A DNA stretch of 63,389 bases, counting the filler, from Octopus bimaculoides (taxonomy: Eukaryota): the NCBI RefSeq assembly GCF_001194135.2. It is 7 parts of 7 records of this genome, joined end to end, with 100 filler letters (N's around TTAATTAATTAA, not from the genome) between each part and the next. Parts side by side here need not be neighbours in the genome. Positions count along the whole stretch, not along the records: positions 15,403 to 38,592 come from NC_068981.1; 6 more parts are not named here. One strand, 5' to 3'. Positions 24,361 to 37,180 of the stretch are shown piece after piece. The position numbers and the translations under genes were made by a program. Under the pieces are notes generated by a model, which saw nothing but the letters and a program-made list of their open reading frames with translations, searched no databases and had not been told where the DNA came from. Each line of letters begins with the position of its first letter. The stretch's first letter is position 1.

Positions 24361-24807
24361 TTGTTGAAAGATTGCTTTTCCAGCTGGATGTCCTTCTTGT
24401 TTCTAACTCTTACCTGTTCTTCACTCAAAGAGGGTTTTTCTTCTGTTTGTCTGGGGCAGTGGCAATGGCAACAGAGAACACTGACCCTATCTAATGCAAT
24501 CACAGAATATAAACCTACATGACACCACTTGTAGGACAGTGGCACTTGTTTACAACTACCATATGATGTCAAAACAAAGAGGTGTAAAACACGCATGCAC
24601 ACATATGCAACAGGCATATATGTACGGACACATGCAATCTCATACATGCACACATGGATGGTGCAAGTGTGTCTCTGTGATTAAGTAGCTTGTTTCCTAG
24701 CCTCATGTTTTCAGGTTCACTTCACCCTCATGGTATCTTGAGCAAGTGTCAGTCTGAGCTGACCAAAACTACATGACTGGATTTGGTAGACAGAAACTTA
24801 AAGAATC

Positions 24808-24840
<33 letters not shown>

Positions 24841-25433
24841 NNNNNNNNNNNNNNNNNNNNNNNNNNNNNNNNNNNNNNNNNNNNNNNNNNNNNNNNNNNN
24901 NNNNNNNNNNNNNNNNNNNNNNNNNNNNNNNNNNNNNNNNNNNNNNNNNNNNNNNNNNNNNNNNNNNNNNNNNNNNNNNNNNNNNNNNNNNNNNNNNNNN
25001 NNNNNNNNNNNNNNNNNNNNNNNNNNNNNNNNNNNNNNNNNNNNNNNNNNNNNNNNNNNNNNNNNNNNNNNNNNNNNNNNNNNNNNNNNNNNNNNNNNNN
25101 NNNNNNNNNNNNNNNNNNNNNNNNNNNNNNNNNNNNNNNNNNNNNNNNNNNNNNNNNNNNNNNNNNNNNNNNNNNNNNNNNNNNNNNNNNNNNNNNNNNN
25201 NNNNNNNNNNNNNNNNNNNNNNNNNNNNNNNNNNNNNNNNNNNNNNNNNNNNNNNNNNNNNNNNNNNNNNNNNNNNNNNNNNNNNNNNNNNNNNNNNNNN
25301 NNNNNNNNNNNNNNNNAATAGCAGTATTATTATTCCCTTCATGGGACTGTCACATTAAGTTGACAGCATACAACTACTTTATCGCATCACTACTGCATAA
25401 ATCTCTCTGAGTGATTTAGAAATGTATTATTTC

Positions 25434-25470
<37 letters not shown>

Positions 25471-25504
25471 AATACATACAAATATATATATATATATATC
25501 TATC

Positions 25505-26280
25505 TTATTCTTTTACTTGTTTCAGTAACTTAATTGTGGCCATGCTAGAGCACCATCTTAAAGGGTTTTAGTTGAAGAAATTGACACCAGGACTTATTCT
25601 TTGTAAGCCTAGTACTTATTCTATCGGTCACTTTTGCTGAATCACTAAATTACGGGGACATGAACACACCAACAATGGTTGCCAAGCAATGGCAGGTGGA
25701 CAAACACAGACACACACACGCATATATATATATATGTATATGTGTGTGTGTGTGTGCGATGGGCTTTTTTCCGTTTCCATTACCAAATTCACTCACAAGG
25801 CTTTGGTCGGCCTGGGACTATAGTAGAAGACACTTGCCCAAGGTGCCATGCAATGGGACTGAACCGCAGAACCATGTGGTTGGGAAGCAAGTTTCTTACC
25901 ACACAGCCACACCATCCTTTACTTGTTTTAGTCATTAGACTGCAGCCATGCTTAGGTAGGACCTTGAAGAATTTTTAGCCGGATGAATTTATGCCGTGGC
26001 TTATTCATTTTAAGCCTAGCACTTAATTTATCCATCTCTTTTGCCAAGCAGCTAAGTTATGTGGACATAAACTAACACCAGTTGTCAAGCAGTGGCGGGG
26101 GACAAACGCAGGCACACACGCCACACATATATACGACAGTCTTTTACGGTTTCCGTCTACGAAATCTACTCACAAGGTTTTGGTCGGCCTGAGGATATAG
26201 CAGAAGACACTTGCCCAGAGTGCAACACAGTGGAACTGAACCCAGAACGATGTGGTTGGGAAGAAAGCTTTCTTACCATG
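25505..26280 (-). mobile_element. Two tandem SINE A copies
   Basis: Copies at about 25505-25912 and 25915-26280. Confidence 0.8.
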
Positions 26281-27134
26281 GGAATGTGTTTTTGTGCCTT
26301 TTTGTTTTGACATTATTTGATTGTTGTAAACGAGTGTCTCTGTCATACAAGTGGTGTCGTGTTCATGTCCTATCTTCTTTAAAAATCACGTCCAGTTATG
26401 GTGAACTATTACCTTGTTTGGAAATAGATGAGGGTTGACAACGGGGAGGGCATCTGGCTGTAGAATATCTGCCTTTAGAATATCCGTCTAACTCGTGCAA
26501 ATATGGAAAAGTAGATGCTAAATCTCATGGTGCTCATAAGCCAATGAATTGGACTTCTATGAGTACACTGAATCTGTTAGAAACAGCAGCCAAAACTCCT
26601 TTAAATTTTACCAAACCACCCCAGTGTAAAACACGTTTTATACTGTCATCTCGTATATGCTATGTTTGAAAATGTAATACGATGGTCGTGGTTGGATTGT
26701 CTTCGATAGTTTGGCTGCATCAAAGCTGATCTCAAATGAAAACGCGCTCATACGTTTTTGCATAGTAACGTACTACCTCAAGGGACATAACTCTAGGTGA
26801 ATTGTATGATAGCCTGGAGATTATTTCCCTTATGTTTGTTTTGGTCAATGTTCAACAGCTTTTATAATTCCAACGCCATTGCTTCTTAATAATAATAATA
26901 ATAATCCTTTCTACTAAAGGCACAATGCCTGAAATTTGTGGGGAGGGGACTAGTCAATTACATCGACCACAGTGTTTCACTGGTACTTAATTTATTGACC
27001 CTGAAAGGATAAAAGACGAAGTTAGCCTCGGCAGAATTTGAACTCAGAACCGTAGTAATGGATGAAATACTGCTAAGCATTTTTTGCCTGGCACACTAAT
27101 GATTGTGCCAGCTTTCCGGCTTCTGGTGGAACTT

Positions 27135-27522
27135 CTTCATCACACAACCATGTGTGTGTGTGACTGCAGCCATGCTGGAGCACCGCCTTTAGTCGAGCAA
27201 ATCGACCCCATGAAGGACTTATTCTTTGTAAGCCTAGTACTTATACTTTTGGTGTCTCTTGCCGAACCGCTAAGTGATGGGGACGTAAACACACCAGCAT
27301 TGGTTGTCAAGCGATGATGGGGGGGGGGACAAACATATACATACATATATATATATATATACGACAGGCTTCTTTCAGTTTCTGTGTACCAAATCCACTC
27401 ACAAAGCTTTGGTCGGCCTGAGGCTATAGTAGAAGACACTTGGCCAAGGTACCATGCAGTGGGACTGAACTCAGAACCATGTGGTTGGTAAGCAAGCTAC
27501 TTACCACACAGCCACTCCTATG

Positions 27523-27525
<3 letters not shown>
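27135..27525 (-). mobile_element. SINE A copy
   Basis: Full-length reverse complement of family A. Confidence 0.88.
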
Positions 27526-27578
<53 letters not shown>

Positions 27579-27686
27579 CCCCACCACAGCTTGACAACCA
27601 GCATGGGTGTGTTTAAAACCCTGTAACATAGCAGTTCAGCAAAAGAGACCAATAGAATAAGTATGTGGCTTAACACAGATCAAGTA

Positions 27687-27895
27687 CACTAATCTCTCGC
27701 CATATTGCGGTTTGTTATTTAAGCTTATGTCAGTTCCTCTGTGGTGTTGTTTTGCATTTATAATAAAATAAATATATACAAATTATAAAAATAATAAATA
27801 AAATACACAGTACTGTTTTTACTTTGCGGATTTTCACCTATTGTGTGGGGTGGGATGGGTGGAATGTAACACCTGTGATAGATGAGGGATTACTG
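27687..27895. mobile_element. Tigger/pogo-like MITE inserted in a SINE A tail
   Basis: TA|CACTAATCTCTCGCCATATTGCGG ... GATGAGGGATTACTG|TA; the SINE A tail continues on both sides. Confidence 0.8.
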
Positions 27896-28573
27896 TACTG
27901 GAGTTGGTTCATTCAACTTAAAATTCTTCATGGCTGCAGTCTAATGACTGAAACCAGTAAAAATCAAAAGATAAAAAGATGTGTGCGTGTGTGTGTAATA
28001 GTGTCCAACTGTGTGCTGTAGCTTTTGGCTATTGCCTTTCCTTCTGAAGCAGGTATTTATGTAATGACCACCGGTCACCTGGTTGTGAATGTGTGCAGAG
28101 TTAGTGCGAGTGAGACCGTTAAGTGACAGAAAGAATAACATGGAAGAAGAATTAATAGTTGTAGGAGAGAAAGCAAAATTGTCCTTCCTCTCTCTCTCTT
28201 GCATGAGTAGTAAATAGAGAGTTAGAGAGAGAAAGAGAAACACAGGAAAAGTGAAAGGGTGTGGTAGTGGGGTGATTAGATAAGAGAGCCAGAAGGGTTT
28301 AAATATAAATTTAATTGCCTGTTAAAGGGTGTAATTTTGACCAGAAAAACAGATTCCTTTGTAGCTAGCAGTCAGTCGGCCTTTGCTTGGCCAGTGTCTA
28401 TTTTCGTTGCTGATTAAAACCAGGAGATGAGCTGTGTGTGAATGTGCTTGCATGTGTGTGTGTTTGTGTTTTGAGGAGTTGGAGGTGAGATAGTGACTTA
28501 GGTAGAGGAGACAGTGCTGGTTGCTAAAAGTTGTCCTTGAAAATCAAAGGAAACTATTTGGAAAGAAGCAACA

Positions 28574-28612
<39 letters not shown>

Positions 28613-29059
28613 ACACAGACCAGCAGAAAATACATGTATATAGATAGATAAGGTTATATAAATAGCTTCAACTCTAAGATAAGATAAGCAATGATACTAT
28701 CTTTGTTACTGGCACCCTCTCCACCGCCCTCTTTCCTCTGCACACATTTTCACCAACCAATTTAATCTAAAGGAAGGTCAAAGTTGAGTGACATGTTTCC
28801 TGTCCCTCTCTCCTCTATTGTCTTAGTGTGTGTGTGTGTGTGTGGACATGGCTATGATAATGGATTTTTGTCTTTGATTTCTTTCTTTAAGCAAATAATG
28901 ATGATAATATCGGTTTCAAATTTTGGCACAAACCCAGCAAATTTGGGGAGGGGGACAAGTCAGTTATATCGACCCAGTGTTCAACTGGTACTTATAATAT
29001 TAACTCAGAAAGGATGAAAGACAAAGCTGACCTCAGCAGAATTTGAACTCAGAACATAA

Positions 29060-29760
29060 TGGGTGAAGACCCCCTTTGGTTATAAACGACCTTGGGATAG
29101 CACCTAGAAAGTTTCCCTCCAAAGCACAAGTCTGGACAAAGTTGTTTATGGAAGACCAGCACTTGCCCATGCATACCAGCTTCCCCTCTCCATGCCACTG
29201 ATATTACCCAAGGGAAAGGCAAAGGGGCCGATACAGCTTGGCACCAGTGATGTTGCAACTTATTTCTACAGCTGAGTGAACTGGAGTAACGTGAAATAAA
29301 GTGTCTTGCTCAAGAACACAACACACAGCCCAGTCCAGGAATCAAGCTCACTAAATCGTGATTGTGAGCCTGGCACTTTAATCCAGGGGTCGGGGAACCA
29401 ATTACCCTAAAATCATAGATTCTTTGAATTCAAAAGGTTTATTGAATCTATTTACTGTAATGCCTTGATATACGAGTTACTTCATTCCTGGAGAATGCTC
29501 ATAAAGCGAAAACTCATAAGAACTCGGTCCTCGTAAAGTGAGGAATTACTGTATATGAATCTATTTAAAGATCCATTACAATGGACAGATGCCATGTTGC
29601 CAGAAGAAAAATTTCTGTCGTAACAAGGAACACATTTTTTATATAATTTTACTTATGTCTAATGAGTTCTCATTACCCTCAAGAATTTTGTTTTTATTCC
29701 ATTTGGGGTAATTTACCCTAGTTTGCCAACACCCTCTCTAACCACTGAGCCATATACGTT
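29060..29760 (-). mobile_element. SINE D split by a hAT-type MITE (29384-29735) that contains a Tigger-like MITE (29455-29551)
   Basis: Degenerate 8-bp TSD CTTTAATC/CTCTAACC; the inner element has C(T/A)GTAAT...ACGAG TIRs and TA on both sides. Confidence 0.72.
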
Positions 29761-30504
29761 CACAGAATGTAAAGGCGTGGCATTTCGTCTGAGGTGCTAA
29801 TGGTTCTGCCAGCTTTCCACCTTAATAACAATAATAGTAATCCTTCCTACTATATGCACAAGGCCTGAAATTGTTTTGGTGGGGTGATTGTGTGACAAAT
29901 TGATTCCTTTGACCCCAGTGCTTGCCTAGTACATATTTCATTGATCCTGAAAGGCAAAGTTGACCTCAGCAGAATTTGAGTTCAGAACGCAAAGATTGGA
30001 TTAAATGCTGCTGAGCATTTTGTCCAGTGTGTTAGCAATTCTACCAGCTCCATGCCTTATTGTAAGGCCATATTTTCCCCATTGCTAGACACGTTTTTCA
30101 CAGAAAACTGGAAATGAATGCCATTGGTTGTAGGATGGTGTGCCTTCTGGTTTACAACTGTCACACAATTTCGAGTCTAGGGTAAATACATGCACATACA
30201 CATTGCTTTGATTAGCCCAAGGGTGTAGAAGACATTATCCCAAGGCACCATACAGTAAGATTGGACCCAAGTTCATATAGTTGGGAAGAAAGTTCCTTAA
30301 CCCTTTAACATTCATTCAGATTTCTTCGTTAAATGCATTGCTTATCTATTCACATTGTTTTCAATTAATCACATATTGTCTTGTAGCTTTAAGATTTCAG
30401 TGGTGTGTTTGTATGTTTTTAGACTGACATTGTGAGATAGGTTTAAGACATTGGATTTGGTCAGGTTTAACATAAAACAGGTAGAATATTTGGGCTGGAT
30501 TGTT

Positions 30505-30793
30505 GTTGGCACTCTGTCGCTTACAACGTTGAGGGTTCCAGTTGATCCAATCAATGGAACAGCCTGCTCTTGAAATTAACGTGCAAGTGGCTGAGCACTC
30601 CACAGACACGTGTACCCTTAACGTAGTTCTCGGGGATATTCAGCGTGACACAGTGTGACAAGGCTGACCCTTTGAAATACAGGCACAACAGAAACAGGAA
30701 GAAAGAGTGAGAGAAAGTTGTGGTGAAAGAGTACAGCAGGGTTCTCCACCATCCCCTGCCGGAGCCTTGTGGAGCTTTAGGTGTTTTCGCTCA
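30505..30793 (-). mobile_element. SINE C, truncated by a gap
   Basis: Reverse complement of the family C 3' part. Confidence 0.88.
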
Positions 30794-31825
30794 NNNNNNN
30801 NNNNNNNNNNNNNNNNNNNNNNNNNNNNNNNNNNNNNNNNNNNNNNNNNNNNNNNNNNNNNNNNNNNNNNNNNNNNNNNNNNNNNNNNNNNNNNNNNNNN
30901 NNNNNNNNNNNNNNNNNNNNNNNNNNNNNNNNNNNNNNNNNNNNNNNNNNNNNNNNNNNNNNNNNNNNNNNNNNNNNNNNNNNNNNNNNNNNNNNNNNNN
31001 NNNNNNNNNNNNNNNNNNNNNNNNNNNNNNNNNNNNNNNNNNNNNNNNNNNNNNNNNNNNNNNNNNNNNNNNNNNNNNNNNNNNNNNNNNNNNNNNNNNN
31101 NNNNNNNNNNNNNNNNNNNNNNNNNNNNNNNNNNNNNNNNNNNNNNNNNNNNNNNNNNNNNNNNNNNNNNNNNNNNNNNNNNNNNNNNNNNNNNNNNNNN
31201 NNNNNNNNNNNNNNNNNNNNNNNNNNNNNNNNNNNNNNNNNNNNNNNNGTAGGGTACCATCTCGAAGGGACCTTGGCTGGTATTTTGGCAGAAAAAGTCA
31301 AGTGACAGACAACTTTTTTATTTTTTTTGAGTGTGTGTAAAGGAAGGAAAGCAAAGAGGAAAAGAAATACCAGAAGTTATTTTCATTAGATGCATCACGA
31401 TCACACCCCACTCCAACACACATACCCGATCACAAGCTTCATTAACATTACCATCACAACCACTATCACCATCATCATCACCACCACCTCCATCATCATC
31501 ATCATCATCATGTGATTGTATGATTTTAGAATGACATTGTAGGGTAAGTGTGAGAGGTTGGATGTGGTCAGTCTGAGCACAAAACAAGTAAATATGGCAT
31601 TCAGATTATTCGAGACACCCTATGATGTGATTGTTTATTTTTAGAAAAACATTGTAGGGTAGGTGCAAGAAGCTAGACCTGGCTGGTTTGAATATAAAAC
31701 AAGTAGAATATTTGGGCTGAATATACCCGGTTTAAATTCTAGAAGACTAAATACTACAGGGTTAGACACAAGAAACCTGTGTCATAAACCCAGGGACGGT
31801 CTGAGACAAATTGGTATCAAAAGGA

Positions 31826-31991
31826 AGGCGCAGGAGTGGTTGTGTGGTAAGTAGCTTGCTTACCAACCACATGGTTCCGGGTTCAGTCCCACTGCGTGGC
31901 ATCTTGGGCGAGTGTCTTCTACTATAGCCTCAGGCTGACCAAAGCCTTGTGAGTGGATTTGGTAGACAGAAACTGAAAGAAGCCCGTCGTA

Positions 31992-32046
<55 letters not shown>

Positions 32047-32245
32047 TTGTATGTCTGTGTTTGTCTCCCCACCCAACATTGCTTGACAACCGATGCTGGT
32101 GTGTTTACATACCCGTAACTTAGTGGTTCAGCCAAAGAGACCGATAGAATAAGTACTAGGCTTCCAAAGAATGTCCTGGGGTTGATTTGCTAGACTAAAG
32201 GCGCTGCTCCAGCATGGCCACAGTCAAAAAGACTGAAACAAGTAA
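31826..32245 (+). mobile_element. SINE A copy
   Basis: Full length, with GTAAAAGA tail repeats. Confidence 0.9.
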
Positions 32246-32819
32246 AAGAGTAAAGAGTATAACACAACGAGATTTGATTTTAATTTAGAAGCTCCCTTTT
32301 GGGTTCAGTTCTTCATTTTCTTCAGACAGCAGGGTGTAATTTGAAGGAGATTTGCCTGCTATTTCTAGTTGTTTCAGCAACTGCATAGAGGCTCCCTCAT
32401 TTACAGAAAATGGTACAGTGCTAGACTAAAGAATTTGAAGTATTTAGCCCCTTTCTCTCTCTCTCTCTCTTGTTCCAAGATCTAATCTTGCCACTTCTGT
32501 TGGAATCAATAAATCTTGTGCGAGGAATTGTATATTTGGGCTGATTCTATTGACTGACTGTATCTCTTTTGCTCTCCAAAAGAGTTGGCCCTTTGCCTGG
32601 TGTAAAAGAAATAATAATAATTGTAGTCTGGTATTTGAGCTTAATTTTTTTCTCTTTTATGCTACATGCCACACAACATTGTTGTAATATTTCTTAAGTA
32701 TTGGATTAGTTCCTATAATAATAAACATATATTTACATATATATTTTTGGAACTCTTTATTATAATCACTACTACAACCACAACCACTACTGCCACCACT
32801 GTATTAGCATTTACTTTGC

Positions 32820-33378
32820 CAGTACTGCCTGACTGGCCTTCGTAGGATTTTCGAGCGAGATCGTTGCCAGTGCCCCTGGACTGGCTCTTGTGTGGGTGGC
32901 AGATAAAATACACCATTTTGAGCGTGGCCGTTGCCAGTATCGCCTGACTGGCCTTCGTAGAATTTTCGAGCGAGATCATTTGCCAGTGCCCCTGGACTGG
33001 CTCTTGTGCGGGTGGCAGATAAAATACACCATTTTGAGCGTGGCCGTTGCCAGTATCGCCTGACTGGCCTTCGTAGGATTTTCGAGCGAGATCATTGGCA
33101 GTGCCCCTGGACTGGTTCTTGTGCGGGTGGCACATAAAATACACCATTTTGAGCATGGCCGTTGCCAGTACCGCCTGACTGGCCTTCGTGCCGGTGACAC
33201 GTAAAAGCACCCACTACACTCTCGGAGTGGTTGGTGTAAGGAAGGGCATCCAGCTGTAGAAACTCTGCCAAATCAGATTGGAGCCTGGTGTAGCCATCCG
33301 GTTTCACCAGTCCTCAGTCAAATCGTCCAACCCATGCTAGCATGGAAAGCGGACGTTAAACGATGATGATGATGATGA
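32820..33378 (+). mobile_element. RTE LINE 3' end containing three tandem ~115-bp units
   Basis: Unit starts at 32827, 32942, 33058 and 33173 (partial), followed by the same 3' tail as 9776-9990 and (GAT)n. Confidence 0.9.
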
Positions 33379-34562
33379 TTTTCCATGCTCTTACATGGAG
33401 CAAATGGAATTCATCAAGGCAGCTCTCTCCATGGCCAGATGGGATGCCACGAGTAAAGATTACTTTGCTTGGCAATAGGAAGAGCATCCAGTTGTGGAAA
33501 ATTCATCGGAATAAACTTTTTCCGAATTATTCTAGCACAAATTCAGCTTTAATACTCTGATGATAACGCAGAAGAAAAAAGATGGGATGGTCACCGTTGG
33601 AGTGCTTTTGATAATAGTTCTGTTCAATCAGGATCATCTTTGGGCTAAGCAACAACTACCATCACCAAGATAATGGAGGTGAAGAAGTTTCTAGATAAAG
33701 AATTGATGAAGCAATGAGAATCCTGCCCCCGCCTCCCTCTCTCTCCCTAAACTTTTTCCTTGCATTGTCTAAATCCCGTTGTTCAGTGATCTCTGGGATT
33801 TCACTAGCCCTCACATCTCGACACCTCATTCCACTCCACTCTCCCAATGTTAGAAATGGGGGGAGGAGGGGTGCTCCCCCCATTTTTGCATATACTCTTT
33901 ACTCATCCCGCTTCTGCATCACCTATAAAAGTCCTAATGGCCACCCACGAAGAAAGCAGTGAAAGTACTGGCAAAGTACTACAGTGCTGAAGTGCTTCCT
34001 TTCTTCAAATGACATCTATTTTATATTTGTTGTATATTGGTAATAGATATACCTGGTGGGGAGGGTGTAGGCTGGGGTGCTCTAGGCATTGCTCCTTGGG
34101 TGTTCGATGGGTGGGTAGGCTTGGTTTACTCAACAGCACTTTTTCCTCTTTTCCCATTAATACCACCACCACTACCATCGTTGTAATTGTTGTCATAGTT
34201 AACTGTTGACACTATAGATGCCAGAAAGAACACCTCTACTACTGGGGCCCCTCTGCTACTGGGGCCCCTCTGCTTCTGGGCCCCTCTCCTCAACCACTCC
34301 AAATTCCCTTCACCTTTCACTGTTGTCTCTGCCAGTTGCCTCACCAATGAAACAACCACAACTAGTATTGCCACAACCACCACCAACACAACCATCTACC
34401 ACCACTCCTACCACCACCACTATTCTCATAGTTAACTGTCATAACTACCTATTAACTCTACCAACGTCACCCATATTACCCCCCCCCACCACTTTTATCA
34501 TTAAATCTACCATTGCTGGTTGTCATCGCCACTTCCCAAATGATTAATTCTACCAGCGTCAG

Positions 34563-35165
34563 CACTGCCGCCGCCACCACCACCGCGACGGTGTAATCTT
34601 CAATTGTATGTTAGTGGTAAGTAAATGGTTTTATCAGGAAAGTAGGTTAAACTATTTCTGGTTTAACCAATAATCAGGTCAGTAGGGCAGGTAAGTTCTT
34701 TAGAATAATCTGTTGGANNNNNNNNNNNNNNNNNNNNNNNNNNNNNNNNNNNNNNNNNNNNNNNNNNNNNNNNNNNNNNNNNNNNNNNNNNNNNNNNNNN
34801 NNNNNNNNNNNNNNNNNNNNNNNNNNNNNNNNNNNNNNNNNNNNNNNNNNNNNNNNNNNNNNNNNNNNNNNNNNNNNNNNNNNNNNNNNNNNNNNNNNNN
34901 NNNNNNNNNNNNNNNNNNNNNNNNNNNNNNNNNNNNNNNNNNNNNNNNNNNNNNNNNNNNNNNNNNNNNNNNNNNNNNNNNNNNNNNNNNNNNNNNNNNN
35001 NNNNNNNNNNNNNNNNNNNNNNNNNNNNNNNNNNCCCTACTGACCTGATTATTGGTTAAACCAGAAATAGTTTAACCTACTTTCCTGATAAAACCATTTA
35101 CTTACCACTAACATACAATTGAAGATTACACCGTCGCGGTGGTGGTGGCGGCGGCGGCGGCAGTG
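34563..35165. repeat. Near-perfect ~125-bp inverted repeat flanking a gap
   Basis: 34563-34687 is the reverse complement of 35035-35165 except for CCG copy number. Confidence 0.9.
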
Positions 35166-36039
35166 GTAGTGTCGTTGTGGTGGTGGTGGTGGTGGTGGTG
35201 GTGATGGCAGTAGTGTTATAGTGGTGGTGTCATGATATAACAGCGGTGGCATGCTGCTTCTTCGGTGGTGGTAGAAACAGTAACAGCGGTGATGGTAGTG
35301 TTACATAACAGTGGTAGTGGTATTAGTGGTGTTGGTATTGTAGTAGCGGTGATAGTATTAGTGGTAGTAGTAGCAGTGGTGGTGGAGCAGTAGTATTAAG
35401 TATTGGAATTCTCGTCGGTGTTGTAGCAGTAGTAGTGGTGGTAGTGCTGGTGGCGTCATGGTAACAGCGCGGTAGTACTGGTAGTGGTGATTATGGTGGG
35501 TGGGGAAGGCAGGGACATTGTTCGTGTAGCAGTGCTAGTGTGGTGCCGCTCTCTGCGTTGGTGTTGCTGTTGGTTGAGCTATGAGCTGTCAGTGGTGGTG
35601 GTGGTGGTGGTAGTGGCGTAGGAGGTGGGGCAGCACAGAGCTGGTGGTGGTGGTATTGTACAGGTGCTAGTACTGGTGGTAGTTGTGGTGGCAGAAGCAA
35701 TTATAGGTGGGAACTGTGGTGACGAGGGTGGAGTTGTGGTCTTGGCCGTAGTAATTAGAGGTTGGGAATGGTGTGTGTGTGTGTGTGTGTGTATATGCTG
35801 ATGTTTGTGTGTGTGTATGTTTATGCTGATGTGTGTGTATGCTGATGTATGTGTGTGTATGCTGATGTGTGTGTGTGTATGCTGATGTGTATGTGTGTAT
35901 GCTGGTGTGTGTGTGTGTGTCTGTGTGTGCGTGTGCTACTTGATACTGGCTCTGTTTGTACAGCAGGTGGTAGTTCGTTGCTGTTGTGGAACAATAATGA
36001 TCACGCTGTAGTTGTTATTGGTGCTGGTGCCGCTATTTA

Positions 36040-36877
36040 ACCCTAGGTTGGCCCTCATCGAACAGACAGACCTGTGACCAAAGAGGTTCCAGCGAGGATC
36101 GACTCAATCATCCTCCTGTCTTTTTCGAGAAGGCCAGTTAAAAAAGGTAAGGTGATTTGTGAGAAGTATTTGCTGCTATTTCTAAGCAGGACATGCAATA
36201 ATTTAGACGACCCCCATCCACATATGCTTGGGGCTCGATTAATTGCCCTTGTGGCAGCTTTCATGTTGATGGTAGTGGAGTAGTGATAATAATAATAATA
36301 GTAATAATGGTGGGGGTGGAGAGGGAATTATTGCTGCTATTTCTAGCAAATCAGGCAATCACTTAGAGGAACCCCTTCCCTCTATCCCTCTGTGGTAGGG
36401 GCTGTTTTAATTGCCTTTGTGGCAGCTTTCATGATGGTGGTGGTGATGATGTGGATGATGATGATGATGACAGGCTGGAGAGATTACTGGAGTTAGCATT
36501 GTATTGTTGTTGTTGTTGTTGTTGTTTTGTTTAGCCCCAGGATAGACCTGATTGGAGGCAGGCATACAATTAAAGGCTTTCCAGCTGTGACCATCTTGTT
36601 TTTTTTTTCTTATAGGAATCTAGGGCTGCATTATGTAATGCATCCTTCCTTTCTTCTTTCTTTGTCTCTTTTTTTTCTTCCTCTCCATTTTCCTTTCCTT
36701 TCTCTCTTTTTTCTTTCTTTCCTCTTCGTCTCCTTTCTTCCCTTCCTTTCTTTCTTTCTTCCCTCTTTCTTTCTTTCTTTCTTCCCTCTTTCTTTCCTTC
36801 TTTCTTCCCTCTTTCCTTCTTTCTTCCCCTCTTTCCTTCTTTCTTTCTTCACCTCTTTCCTTCTTTCTATCTTCCCC

Positions 36878-36917
<40 letters not shown>

Positions 36918-37180
36918 TATTTCTTCCCCTCTTTCCCTCTTTCTTTATTTCTTCTCCCTTTCTTTCTCTTTCTTCCCCTCTTTTCTTTCTTTCTTCCCCT
37001 CTTTTCTTTCTTTCTTCCCCTTTCTTTTCTTCTTTCTTTCCTTCTTTCTTCCCCTTCTTTCCTTTTTTCTTTATTTCTTTCTTTCTTTCTTTCTTTATTT
37101 ACTTGGTTTTCAAGACAAAAGAAATTTAGCTGCTATTTCTAACATTTCGAGCGACTGTATAGAGGTTCCAACCTTACCTC
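36040..37180 (-). mobile_element. Cluster of family F repeat fragments (probable SINE tail ending in (AAC)n)
   Basis: Recurrent GATTTG...TTGCTGCTATTTCTAGCA motif; also near 6510-6660(+), 18190-18400, 26570, 32330 and 33570. Confidence 0.6.
36640..37100. repeat. ~460-bp almost pure pyrimidine (CTTT/CT) tract
   Basis: Direct reading of the sequence. Confidence 0.95.

Noticed and set aside
32713-33210. 165-aa repetitive ORF
   Set aside because: Antisense reading of the 115-bp tandem in an RTE 3'UTR.
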